DNA of 64,000 bases from a virus. Numbering within the stretch: the stretch's first letter is position 1; every line of letters starts with the position of its first letter. The stretch is taken from positions 32,001 to 96,000 of IMG/VR virus record IMGVR_UViG_3300018426_001942. One strand, given 5' to 3'. A model generated the notes under the pieces. It saw nothing but the letters and a program-made list of their open reading frames with translations, ran no database searches and was not told where the DNA came from. Both the position numbers and the translations under genes were made by a program. Of the stretch, positions 28,161 to 36,854 are shown in pieces.

Positions 28161-28924
28161 AAATTCTTTTAACTGGACATAAAGGCTTCATTGGTTCAAT
28201 GTTGCTGAAACGGTTACAACGTAAAAAGCATATAGTTTATACAATAGACATTGCTGATGGTGCCGATCAAGATCTTTTATACTTTGATAAATGGCCGGAA
28301 CGTGTCGATCTTGTAATACATCTTGCAGGTAAAAGTGGTGTACGTGAAAGTTTAAAAGATCCAGCAGGCTATTGGATGAATAATATAGAAGCAAGCAGAC
28401 GTCTTTTTGAAAAGTTTGAAGATACACGCATTCTTTACGCAAGTAGCTCTAGTGCATATGAGCCTGACCTAAACCCTTATGCTGCTTCTAAGTATTGTTT
28501 AGAAGAATTAGCAGAACGTTATCCTAACACATTAGGTATGCGTTTTCATACAGTTTATTCGGATACATGTACAAGAGAAAATATGTTTTTTAAAAAACTA
28601 AGAGACGGAACTTTAGAATATGTAACAAAACACTATAGAGATTTTGTTCATTTAAACGATGTACTCGATGCTATTGAAATATTAATCAAAGCAGAATACG
28701 TCAAAGGTATAATAGATATAGGAACTGGTGTTCCAGTTAGGATTCAAGACCTAGCACCTGGACTACCCATTCGTCTAAATACCCCTGGAGAGCGTGAGTT
28801 TACTTGCGCAAACACAGAAAAAATTAAGGCCCTTGGTTGGAAACCTAAATACACGGTAGAAAACTTCTTGACAAAGCAAGGCAACGATAATATAATAAAC
28901 ATTACAAATGGAGAACCCTTATGA
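28157..28924 (+). CDS. NAD-dependent nucleotide-sugar epimerase/dehydratase
   Basis: TGHKGFIG, HLAG, YASSSSAY, YAASK, RDFVH. Confidence 0.9.
   Translation: MKILLTGHKGFIGSMLLKRLQRKKHIVYTIDIADGADQDLLYFDKWPERVDLVIHLAGKSGVRESLKDPAGYWMNNIEASRRLFEKFEDTRILYASSSSAYEPDLNPYAASKYCLEELAERYPNTLGMRFHTVYSDTCTRENMFFKKLRDGTLEYVTKHYRDFVHLNDVLDAIEILIKAEYVKGIIDIGTGVPVRIQDLAPGLPIRLNTPGEREFTCANTEKIKALGWKPKYTVENFLTKQGNDNIINITNGEPL
28868..28896 (+). promoter_or_regulatory. Consensus sigma70 promoter
   Basis: TTGACA-N17-TATAAT upstream of the clamp-TGT genes. Confidence 0.8.
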
Positions 28925-29649
28925 AAGATATTTTACAAGACATTGTAGCTCATACACATGCACTAGGTTTTTTGAATCTAGTTAAAATTAATAGTGATGA
29001 AGGTACATCAGTTGAAAGCATGGCAGATGATAGATCTGTTATCTTATCAGGTGAAACAAATGCACCTGTAGCAGAATTTAAAGGCACGTTTGGTATGCCT
29101 AATTTGGATAAACTTGCATTGCATTTAAAAAATCCTGAATACCAAAAAGATGCTAAACTAGAAGTAGTTGAAGCAGAACGTAACGGTGAAGTTGTTCCTA
29201 CACACATTCACTTTGAAAACGCTGCAGGCGATTTCCAAAATGATTACCGCTTTATGAACAAAGCAATTATTGAGGAAAAACTTAAAACTGTTAAGTTCAA
29301 AGGTGCATCATGGAATGTAACATTTAGTCCTAGTGTTGCAAGTATTGCACGTATGAAACTAATGAGTGCGGCACACAGTGAAGAGCCTACATTTAATGTT
29401 ACTACTAAGGATAATAATCTAGTGTTTAGCTTTGGTGATGCAAGCACACACGCAGGTGAGTTTGTTTTCCAGCACGGTGTAGAAGGTAGTCTTCAACACA
29501 CTTGGAGTTGGCCAGTAGCACAAGTTCAAAGTATTCTTAATCTAGATGGTGATATTACTATGAGCATTTCGGATCAAGGTGCTATGATGATTTCAGTAGA
29601 TAGCGGCATGGTAAAATACGATTACATTCTTCCAGCACAGAGCAAGTAA
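28921..29649 (+). CDS. Probable DNA sliding clamp (gp45/PCNA-like)
   Basis: 242 aa alpha/beta; C-terminal YDYILPA resembles PCNA-type ends; near PolB; clamp loader present in window. Confidence 0.6.
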   Translation: MKDILQDIVAHTHALGFLNLVKINSDEGTSVESMADDRSVILSGETNAPVAEFKGTFGMPNLDKLALHLKNPEYQKDAKLEVVEAERNGEVVPTHIHFENAAGDFQNDYRFMNKAIIEEKLKTVKFKGASWNVTFSPSVASIARMKLMSAAHSEEPTFNVTTKDNNLVFSFGDASTHAGEFVFQHGVEGSLQHTWSWPVAQVQSILNLDGDITMSISDQGAMMISVDSGMVKYDYILPAQSK

Positions 29650-29652
29650 CGA

Positions 29653-31194
29653 ATGAATAAAGACTTAACAGCAACACAAAACGATTATGCGATCTTTCTT
29701 CCTGCACTAAGTGGTTTCTATGCAACTTATGTAGGTAAGCAACGTTTTGATGAATATGTAGATAAGTCACGTATTCCTAGCAACTTTGCTAACGGTGTAG
29801 AGAGTTTAAACTATCTTAACAAACAAGAAGGTCAATTCCAATACAAATGGACACTGTATTCAGCAGGACACGCTGAATTAGACATCAACAAACACGCACC
29901 TAAAGAAGATATGGTGCGAAACAGAGATAGAGAAAATACTTGGCTACTGGGCGACTCGGGTGGCTTCCAAATTGGTAAAGGTGTATGGGAAGGTGACTGG
30001 AAAGATCCAAACTGTCCAAAAGCACAAAAGAAACGTGACGGCGTTCTCCGTTGGATGGATGCTTATATGGATTACGGTATGATACTTGATATTCCTGCTT
30101 GGGTTTCACGTTCACCTGCAGGTGCAAAAGCAACAGGTATTAGCACTTATCAAGATGCTGTAAATGCTACACGTATTAATAACGACTATTGGATGAAGCA
30201 TAGAACAGGTGCTTGTAAGTTCTTAAATGTTTTACAAGGTGAAAATCATGCTGATGCAGAGGATTGGTATCAGCAAATGAAAGACTACTGTGATCCTAAA
30301 AAATATACTGACCATTTTAACGGTTGGTCAATGGGTGGACAGAACATGTGCGACATTCATTTGGTTCTTAAACGTCTAGTTGCATTGAGGTTTGACGGAC
30401 TATTGGAAAAGGGTGTGCATGACGTAATGCACTTCTTAGGTACTTCGAAACTAGAATGGGCTACATTACTAACAGACGTTCAACGAGCTGTTCGTAAGTA
30501 TCACAATCCAAACTTCCAAATTACATTTGATTGTGCTTCACCGTTTCTTGCTACAGCAAACGTACAGATTTATATTCAAAATGAAACCCAAGATAGAAGC
30601 AAATGGGTTTATAGAATGGTTCCGTCTGTTGATAATAAAAAGTATGCAACTGACAGCAGATTATTTAGAGATGCTGTATTACAAGATGGTATTTTTGCTA
30701 ACTTCGAAGATAGTCCGTTAACTACTGGACTTAAGGTATCAGATGTATGTACATATGCACCTGGTGATTTAAACAAAATAGGTAAAGAAGGAAAGACCTC
30801 CTGGGATAGTTTTTCATATGCTATTCAAATGGGCCATAATGTTTGGAGTCATATTAATGCTGTACAAGAAGCAAATAGACAGTACGACAATGGAATTATA
30901 CCGGCAATGCTTGTTGAAGAACGCTTTGACAGGGTATTTTTTAGAGATGTTGTGGAAGCAATATTTGCAACTGACAACAGAGATGAAGCAGAAGCGGTAA
31001 TAGAAGAATTTAGCCGTTTTTGGATGTCTATTATAGGTACTAGAGGTGCTGTTGGTAAGAAGACTGTCAACTCTAGTACATACTTTGATAGTTTATTTGA
31101 AGTTGAACCTACTGTTTCAACTGAAGATGAAGAGCTAGACGAATCAAAATTAGAGGTACTTGAAGATGAGCAACTTCACGGAGAAGCACAATAA
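29653..31194 (+). CDS. TGT-superfamily guanine transglycosylase (DpdA-like)
   Basis: LGDSGGFQ, MILDIP, NVLQG, HFLG, TFDCASP: the catalytic motifs of the TGT barrel; clustered with folE and queE. Confidence 0.8.
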   Translation: MNKDLTATQNDYAIFLPALSGFYATYVGKQRFDEYVDKSRIPSNFANGVESLNYLNKQEGQFQYKWTLYSAGHAELDINKHAPKEDMVRNRDRENTWLLGDSGGFQIGKGVWEGDWKDPNCPKAQKKRDGVLRWMDAYMDYGMILDIPAWVSRSPAGAKATGISTYQDAVNATRINNDYWMKHRTGACKFLNVLQGENHADAEDWYQQMKDYCDPKKYTDHFNGWSMGGQNMCDIHLVLKRLVALRFDGLLEKGVHDVMHFLGTSKLEWATLLTDVQRAVRKYHNPNFQITFDCASPFLATANVQIYIQNETQDRSKWVYRMVPSVDNKKYATDSRLFRDAVLQDGIFANFEDSPLTTGLKVSDVCTYAPGDLNKIGKEGKTSWDSFSYAIQMGHNVWSHINAVQEANRQYDNGIIPAMLVEERFDRVFFRDVVEAIFATDNRDEAEAVIEEFSRFWMSIIGTRGAVGKKTVNSSTYFDSLFEVEPTVSTEDEELDESKLEVLEDEQLHGEAQ

Positions 31195-31369
31195 AATTGC
31201 AAATTATTTGCAAGAGTTGTATAAACGTCACAGATTACTTGACGACGAAATAAAAGAGTTGTACAATAAGTTTGCAAATGATGGAGAGATTAACCGTAAA
31301 AAAACTAAAAAACTTTGGCTCAAAGATGAAATACACAGGCTTGAAACAGAATTGAAGGACCTAGGATAA
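31166..31369 (+). CDS. DUF465/YdcH-like small coiled-coil protein
   Basis: HRLLDDEI...KKLWLKDEI. Confidence 0.6.
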   Translation: MSNFTEKHNKIANYLQELYKRHRLLDDEIKELYNKFANDGEINRKKTKKLWLKDEIHRLETELKDLG

Positions 31370-31554
31370 TGCCATTACCAGAAGGAAGAACCCCATTAAC
31401 AGACGGCGATATGGTTGTATTGCTACACAACATGGCTCGACAAATGGGCGAGCGTGATAAAACTATGGAAAGTGAAATGCGACAGGTTGCTGATCGTTTT
31501 TCAGAACTTTCTAAAGCGGCAGGTGTTGCACAGCATAAGGCACAACAAGGATGA
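31369..31554 (+). CDS. Hypothetical protein
   Basis: 61 aa; coupled start/stop on both sides. Confidence 0.6.
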   Translation: MPLPEGRTPLTDGDMVVLLHNMARQMGERDKTMESEMRQVADRFSELSKAAGVAQHKAQQG

Positions 31555-32093
31555 AAAGAGATTACGAAACCGGCGTACAGGAAAATGTAAAATACTTTGT
31601 AGGTACTGAAGTTGAAAAAACTCCTGCCTACGGTATGCGTACACTGTTTGTTACAGATGTACAACCTGTAGATGAAATTGAATTTTGGTACGAAAAAGAA
31701 CAGTGCGAACATATCTTCTTTGGTGCTAATCACAGTTTTAACCCTGAAGATCCGTGTAATGACGAAAGTTTATACGATTACTATCGTAAATGGGAAGACA
31801 TGATCGAATACTTCTTAAATAAAGACATTCTTTGCACACTTGATATTCCTCTTAGTGCAGCACAAGGTACGTTCCACGACGGCGGACTATGTGAAAAAGA
31901 TAACTTTATTCCGCAAATTCGTGTTCCATTGCCTTACACGAAACTTTGGAACTACAACACAATGATTAAGATTGATGATGTAGATTTTAAGGCAACTAAC
32001 CCAGGTGTTTGGTGTCATAGTTTACACGATCTGTTAGATAGAGAAAAATTTACAGATTGGAGCAAATATGGACTTGACAAAGTTATTGAATGA
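31551..32093 (+). CDS. Hypothetical protein within the deazaguanine cluster
   Basis: 180 aa; GTEVEKTPAYG.RTLFV, HIFFGANHSF, KIDDVDFKATNPGVWCH. Confidence 0.7.
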   Translation: MKRDYETGVQENVKYFVGTEVEKTPAYGMRTLFVTDVQPVDEIEFWYEKEQCEHIFFGANHSFNPEDPCNDESLYDYYRKWEDMIEYFLNKDILCTLDIPLSAAQGTFHDGGLCEKDNFIPQIRVPLPYTKLWNYNTMIKIDDVDFKATNPGVWCHSLHDLLDREKFTDWSKYGLDKVIE

Positions 32094-32102
32094 AAGTATT
32101 AT
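32074..32102 (+). promoter_or_regulatory. Sigma70-type promoter
   Basis: TTGACA-N17-TATTAT, 7 nt before the ATG at 32110. Confidence 0.65.
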
Positions 32103-32109
32103 ATAAACA

Positions 32110-32562
32110 ATGCAACGAGAATCCTATCACGACTACATGGGTCGTAGATTAAGAGAAGAAAGTATGAATGACAGAATAAAAAATGCAGAACGTAGTATTT
32201 GGGTAACCTTTTCAAAAGAAGGTGTACATATGTACCCAGGTGCTGACACTGACCCTAAATTAGCAACTGGCGATTGGGATGATGTAAGTTTCCTCGGTGT
32301 TCCACATCGTCATATTTTTCATTTTCGTGTTCGTATTGAAGTATTTCATAACGACCGCGACATTGAATTCATTCAGTTTAAACGCTGGATGCAACGACTC
32401 TATGACGTCGAAGGCGTACTAGAGTTAAATCACAAGAGCTGTGAGATGATCGCAGATGACTTGTACCAAGAGATTTCTACAAAGTATCCCGGCCGGTTTG
32501 TAGAGATTAGTGTCGCTGAAGACAACGAAAACGGCTGTTCCATTTTTTACCCTAAGAGCTAG
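32110..32562 (+). CDS. QueD/PTPS-like T-fold protein (DpdL-like, LxxxHRHxF)
   Basis: EGVH...FLGVPHRHIFHFRV, DIEF, SCEMIA, VAEDNENG; lacks the QueD CxxxHGH Cys. Confidence 0.75.
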   Translation: MQRESYHDYMGRRLREESMNDRIKNAERSIWVTFSKEGVHMYPGADTDPKLATGDWDDVSFLGVPHRHIFHFRVRIEVFHNDRDIEFIQFKRWMQRLYDVEGVLELNHKSCEMIADDLYQEISTKYPGRFVEISVAEDNENGCSIFYPKS

Positions 32563-32584
32563 TGAGACAAAAGGAAAACACACT

Positions 32585-32815
32585 ATGGCTATTCAATTCA
32601 ATAAGCCCGCTTATGACAAAATCTTTAGAGATTTGGAAAACTTTAAAGATTTCTGTAGATTTACTGGTGATGCAAAAAATGTTGCATTTGTCTTTGATGA
32701 AAAAAATTTATATGACGAAAAGTCATATGCATGGAGAGCTTATCAACGGCACGTGAATCATTTAAAAGCAAAAAGCCGCAAACTTGGTAAGAGTGTTAAC
32801 CAAAGGAGAAACTAA
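32585..32815 (+). CDS. Hypothetical protein
   Basis: MAIQFNK start after AAGGA; FRDLENFKDFCRF. Confidence 0.6.
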   Translation: MAIQFNKPAYDKIFRDLENFKDFCRFTGDAKNVAFVFDEKNLYDEKSYAWRAYQRHVNHLKAKSRKLGKSVNQRRN

Positions 32816-33861
32816 TGACTGTATACATTGTAGACATTGAAGCTGTAGACACACGTTATACTAAACAGTGGAAGGAACATCTTCCTAATCAGCTTCGTCG
32901 TGCTACAAATGTAAGTGTCGAAGTTATCAGTGGTGGAGAAACGCCTCAGGCTACAACGCCTGGGGCATTTCTAAACTTTGGCGGTACTAATGTGTATAAG
33001 AGTAAACAACTCGAGCAGATTGGTGAAATGTTTTGCAAAGGTAAAATTAAAAATGGAGATTATTTCTTATATACGGATGCGTGGAATCCAACTGTTATCC
33101 AACTTAAATACATGGCTGAGCTCTTGGGCGTGGACATTAGAGTCGGTGGCTTATGGCATGCTGGTTCTTATGATCCTCACGATTTCTTGGGTAGGTTAAT
33201 TGGTGATAAACCTTGGGTACGTCATGCAGAGCAATCAATGTACGAATGCTTTGATGATAACTTTTATGCAAGTGATTTTCATATAGATCTTTTTGCTGAA
33301 AGTTTAGATATTAATGACAGCAAAACACACCGTGTTGGTTGGCCTATGGAGTATCTAAAGAACAGTTTAGATAGTTATAAAGGTATGGAGAAGCAAAATC
33401 TTATACTTTTCCCGCATCGTATTGCTCCCGAGAAGCAAGTAGAAATTTTCCATGATCTAAAAACCCAACTTCCAGAATACGAATTTGTTGTATGTCAAGA
33501 ACAGACACTTACTAAAAATGATTATCATAATTTGCTAGGTGAAGCAAAAATGGTGTTCAGTGCTAACTTACAAGAAACACTTGGCATTAGTTGGTATGAA
33601 GGTGCTCTTGTAGATGCTATTCCTATGGTGCCTGATAGACTGAGCTACAGTGAAATGGCACTAGGTGAGTTTAAGTATCCAAGTGAATGGACTGAAGATT
33701 ACTTTGCTTATAGAAAGTACAGAGGTTTGCTAGTTGATAAGATTCGTCATTACATGGAAAACTACAACGATTATCTTGTAAGTTTAGAAAAACAAAGAAG
33801 AAAACTTAATAAAGAGTTTTTCTCAGGTGAAGCAATTTATAATAGGATTAAACATGGCTAG
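32815..33861 (+). CDS. GT-B (GT4-like) glycosyltransferase
   Basis: ILFPHRIAPEKQ and E-x7-E motif QETLGISWYEG, PMVPDRLSYSEM. Confidence 0.85.
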   Translation: MTVYIVDIEAVDTRYTKQWKEHLPNQLRRATNVSVEVISGGETPQATTPGAFLNFGGTNVYKSKQLEQIGEMFCKGKIKNGDYFLYTDAWNPTVIQLKYMAELLGVDIRVGGLWHAGSYDPHDFLGRLIGDKPWVRHAEQSMYECFDDNFYASDFHIDLFAESLDINDSKTHRVGWPMEYLKNSLDSYKGMEKQNLILFPHRIAPEKQVEIFHDLKTQLPEYEFVVCQEQTLTKNDYHNLLGEAKMVFSANLQETLGISWYEGALVDAIPMVPDRLSYSEMALGEFKYPSEWTEDYFAYRKYRGLLVDKIRHYMENYNDYLVSLEKQRRKLNKEFFSGEAIYNRIKHG

Positions 33862-34192
33862 TAATGATCAATACACTGATAACACATTTAGTTTTACATT
33901 AGATGCAAACAGTTTATTTACTTCTTCAGCTGATTCAACTATAACAATTAACACAACAGCTGATACAACATATACGTATGATACAGACTCAAGCACATAT
34001 TCATTTAATTTAGATAACATTACAACTAGTTGGGATAGTAATAGTATTTCACCTAGTGAAGTTGAAAGAATGTGCATGCAATATCCTGCATTAGAAAAGG
34101 TATGGCGTAACTTCAAAAGTGTTTACGATATGTGTAAGCAGGATTACGAAGGCAAGAAAAAGTCAGGAGAAGTAGATGACCTTCCTTTCTAA
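33854..34192 (+). CDS. Hypothetical protein with Thr/Ser-rich N-terminus
   Basis: Low-complexity T/S/D region then YPALEKVWRNFKSVY. Confidence 0.6.
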   Translation: MASNDQYTDNTFSFTLDANSLFTSSADSTITINTTADTTYTYDTDSSTYSFNLDNITTSWDSNSISPSEVERMCMQYPALEKVWRNFKSVYDMCKQDYEGKKKSGEVDDLPF

Positions 34193-34655
34193 GATTATGG
34201 ACAAACTCGGTAGACGTCGAGTAATTACAGATAGAGACAGTAATGAACCTTACTTGATTAGATTTTATTTGTTTCTTAAGGACAGAAAAAACTTTCCTTT
34301 TAATATAACATTACATAAAGTTTTAAAAAGCGATGAAAAAGTTTTACACGATCATCCATGGAACTATGCAACATTTATTATTAAAGGTGGTTATTGGGAG
34401 CATATTCCTATTCGATCTCAAGAAGGTTTTGTAGTAGGTGCAACTCGAGTTTGGAGAGGACCTGGACACTTTCGTTTTAGAAAAGCAGATGATCTACATT
34501 GGCTTGAACTTGAAAAAGATGAGAACGGAAATGAAATACCTTGTTGGAGTTTATTCTACATGGGCAAGAAAGCACAAGATTGGGGCTTTCTTCCTTTTGT
34601 AGCAACACAAGGTTACAGATGGGTAAACCATAAAAAATATTTATATAAGGAGTAA
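34176..34655 (+). CDS. Cupin-fold protein (HDHPW motif)
   Basis: LHDHPW...GGYWE...HWLEL metal-binding cupin pattern. Confidence 0.7.
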   Translation: MTFLSKIMDKLGRRRVITDRDSNEPYLIRFYLFLKDRKNFPFNITLHKVLKSDEKVLHDHPWNYATFIIKGGYWEHIPIRSQEGFVVGATRVWRGPGHFRFRKADDLHWLELEKDENGNEIPCWSLFYMGKKAQDWGFLPFVATQGYRWVNHKKYLYKE

Positions 34656-34656
34656 T

Positions 34657-34929
34657 ATGGGCCAGTATGATGATTTAGTAGAAAGGAGACGTTTACAACT
34701 AGCTGCAGAGGAATGGGCTAACACTGTAAAAGCAATTCATGCACATAGAATAGATTCTATGCATTACGATAATTTTCCTGAAGATACAGAAAACGGAAGT
34801 GTTATTGATATTGAATATAACAGTGGACTAATACATCGTACATGTTCAGATGGAAGAAAAAGAGTTCTTGGAAGCAAGATAAAAACTGAAGAATTACTAC
34901 AAAATTATGAGAGGTCACAGCGTGGTTAA
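34657..34929 (+). CDS. Hypothetical protein
   Basis: 90 aa; AAGGAG RBS. Confidence 0.65.
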   Translation: MGQYDDLVERRRLQLAAEEWANTVKAIHAHRIDSMHYDNFPEDTENGSVIDIEYNSGLIHRTCSDGRKRVLGSKIKTEELLQNYERSQRG

Positions 34930-35479
34930 AAAACAGTATTATGATTGGGCAGATATTGAACGTGCATGTTTAAGTATTGCATTGCAAATGTACAATGACA
35001 ATTGGAAGCCTGATTACATCGTAGGCATTACACGTGGCGGCAATATTCCCGCTACTATATTATCACATATGTTAGGTATACGTTGCGAAGCACTTAAAGT
35101 TAGTTTGCGTGACGATGATAGCGAATGCGAATCTAACTGTTGGATGAGTGAAGATGCATTTGGTTATGTAGATGAAGAAGAACGTAAAATTCTTAAAAGT
35201 CGTTGGGACTTAAACAAACGTAAAAACATTCTTATTGTAGACGACATCAATGACACAGGTGCAACATTAAATTGGATCAAACAAGATTGGATGAGTAGTT
35301 GTCTACCGCAAGAAACAAGTGGATGGGATAGTGTATGGCATCGTAATGTTCGATTTGCGGTTATTACTGATAATCTTTCTAGTGAGTTTAAGGGCACAGT
35401 AGACTACAGTGTACACGAAGTTAATAAAGCAGAAGAAGATGTTTGGCTAGTTTATCCGTGGGAGAATGTAGGACAATGA
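34922..35479 (+). CDS. Type I purine phosphoribosyltransferase (Gpt/Hpt-like)
   Basis: IVGITRGG, ILIVDDINDTGAT PRPP-binding loop, WLVYPWE. Confidence 0.88.
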   Translation: MVKKQYYDWADIERACLSIALQMYNDNWKPDYIVGITRGGNIPATILSHMLGIRCEALKVSLRDDDSECESNCWMSEDAFGYVDEEERKILKSRWDLNKRKNILIVDDINDTGATLNWIKQDWMSSCLPQETSGWDSVWHRNVRFAVITDNLSSEFKGTVDYSVHEVNKAEEDVWLVYPWENVGQ

Positions 35480-35853
35480 AAGTAGATAACTTAGAACTAG
35501 CACAACAAGAAAATAGAGCACCATGGTCTACTGTTTCTTTAAACACAAGAGACTTTGTTGTTTATGAAGATGGGTTTCCTGTTACAGACGGGCATACTCT
35601 TGTTGTACCTAAGGAATCTACAGAAGAAAATTTACTAAAATGTTTTAAGTTTGCACTTGCTATGGGACAACAAAATGTAGAAGCCAGTAATAACATTACA
35701 GGGTTCAACATTGGTCTAAATATAGGTACTAGTGCAGGACAAACATGCATGTATCCACACGTACATTTAATATTCCGTAGAGATGGGGATTGTCCGGACC
35801 CTGTTGGTGGTGTACGTAATGTAATACCGGGCAAAGGCAACTACAAAAAATAA
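35476..35853 (+). CDS. HIT-family nucleotide hydrolase
   Basis: FPVTDGHTLVVPK, GFNIGLNIGTSAGQT, YPHVHLI (first triad His replaced by Tyr). Confidence 0.85.
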   Translation: MKVDNLELAQQENRAPWSTVSLNTRDFVVYEDGFPVTDGHTLVVPKESTEENLLKCFKFALAMGQQNVEASNNITGFNIGLNIGTSAGQTCMYPHVHLIFRRDGDCPDPVGGVRNVIPGKGNYKK

Positions 35854-35863
35854 GGAAAGGAAA

Positions 35864-36070
35864 ATGGAGTTGAGAGAAAACTTAATTAATGCGGCAAAGA
35901 AACACGCAGAGGCGGAGATTGAATTGCACAAAACTAACATTGAAGTCTATATGCAAAAAGTAGTAGGCATCGGCGAACACTCTGATATTGTTGAAACGAT
36001 ACAGAAAGAACTAGATGCAATGGCTACGGCAAATGACCGTTTAGAAATGTTGGAAAAGTATTTTGGTTAA
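35864..36070 (+). CDS. Small hypothetical phage protein
   Basis: NIEVYMQKVVGIGEHSDIVETI motif, which I recall from marine T4-like phages. Confidence 0.7.
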   Translation: MELRENLINAAKKHAEAEIELHKTNIEVYMQKVVGIGEHSDIVETIQKELDAMATANDRLEMLEKYFG

Positions 36071-36087
36071 AACCATAGATAATATAC

Positions 36088-36116
36088 TTGACAAAAACCT
36101 AAATAAAGTATATAAT
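36088..36116 (+). promoter_or_regulatory. Consensus sigma70 promoter for folE-queE
   Basis: TTGACA-N17-TATAAT. Confidence 0.85.
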
Positions 36117-36158
36117 ATACAATTAATAGACATCCTCGTCTATAACTCGGAGAATTAA

Positions 36159-36848
36159 ATGAGCAAAAGTAAAGAATTAACTGTACGTCTTAAAGATGCT
36201 GGTATCCGCTATTGGGCAGGTGACAACATTTCAGAAGTATTTCAGAAAGGCGACAAAGAAGAACTTATTGAAGAAGCAACTGTAGCATTTGAAAATGTTT
36301 TAGATACGTTGCTAATTGATAGACATAACGATCCTAATTCACAAGGTACAGCAAGACGTCTTGCTAAAATGTACTTTAATGAACTAATGGCTGGACGTTA
36401 TGATACTATTCCTAGTGCAACAGCGTTTCCGAACGATAGCGATGAACGCTACGAAGGTATGCTAGTTGTACGTAGCGAACTTAAAAGTGTATGTTCGCAT
36501 CATCATCAACCAGTAAGCGGTGTAGCGTATATTGGTATTATTGCAAGTGCAAAACTTATCGGTCTTTCAAAGTATACACGTATTGCACAGTGGTGTGCTA
36601 GACGTGGTACACTACAAGAAGAACTTGCAAATGAAATTGCAAAACAAATTCAACTTGCAACTAATGCAGATCACTTAGGTGTTTATATTCAAGCAACACA
36701 CGGTTGTTGTGAGAATAGAGGCATAATGGCAACTAGTTCATTGACACAGACTACTGTACTAAAAGGTGCATTTAAGAATGATCCTGGTACAAAGAAAGAG
36801 TTCTTTGACAATATTAAATTACAACAAGAATTTAGTTGTGGAAAGTAG
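36159..36848 (+). CDS. folE: GTP cyclohydrolase I
   Basis: TARRLAKMY, SVCSHH, IGLSKYTR, LQEEL, HGCCENRG. Confidence 0.93.
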   Translation: MSKSKELTVRLKDAGIRYWAGDNISEVFQKGDKEELIEEATVAFENVLDTLLIDRHNDPNSQGTARRLAKMYFNELMAGRYDTIPSATAFPNDSDERYEGMLVVRSELKSVCSHHHQPVSGVAYIGIIASAKLIGLSKYTRIAQWCARRGTLQEELANEIAKQIQLATNADHLGVYIQATHGCCENRGIMATSSLTQTTVLKGAFKNDPGTKKEFFDNIKLQQEFSCGK

Positions 36849-36854
36849 GTAGAT

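Noticed and set aside
29653-31194. Canonical tRNA-guanine transglycosylase (tgt)
   Set aside because: No zinc-binding motif, much longer and divergent, and located in the DNA replication operon; DNA- or nucleotide-directed role is more likely, so no gene symbol assigned
36122-36158. Canonical preQ1 or THF-II riboswitch before folE
   Set aside because: Leader is only about 37 nt and lacks the preQ1-I loop and A-tract consensus; kept only as an unassigned hairpin
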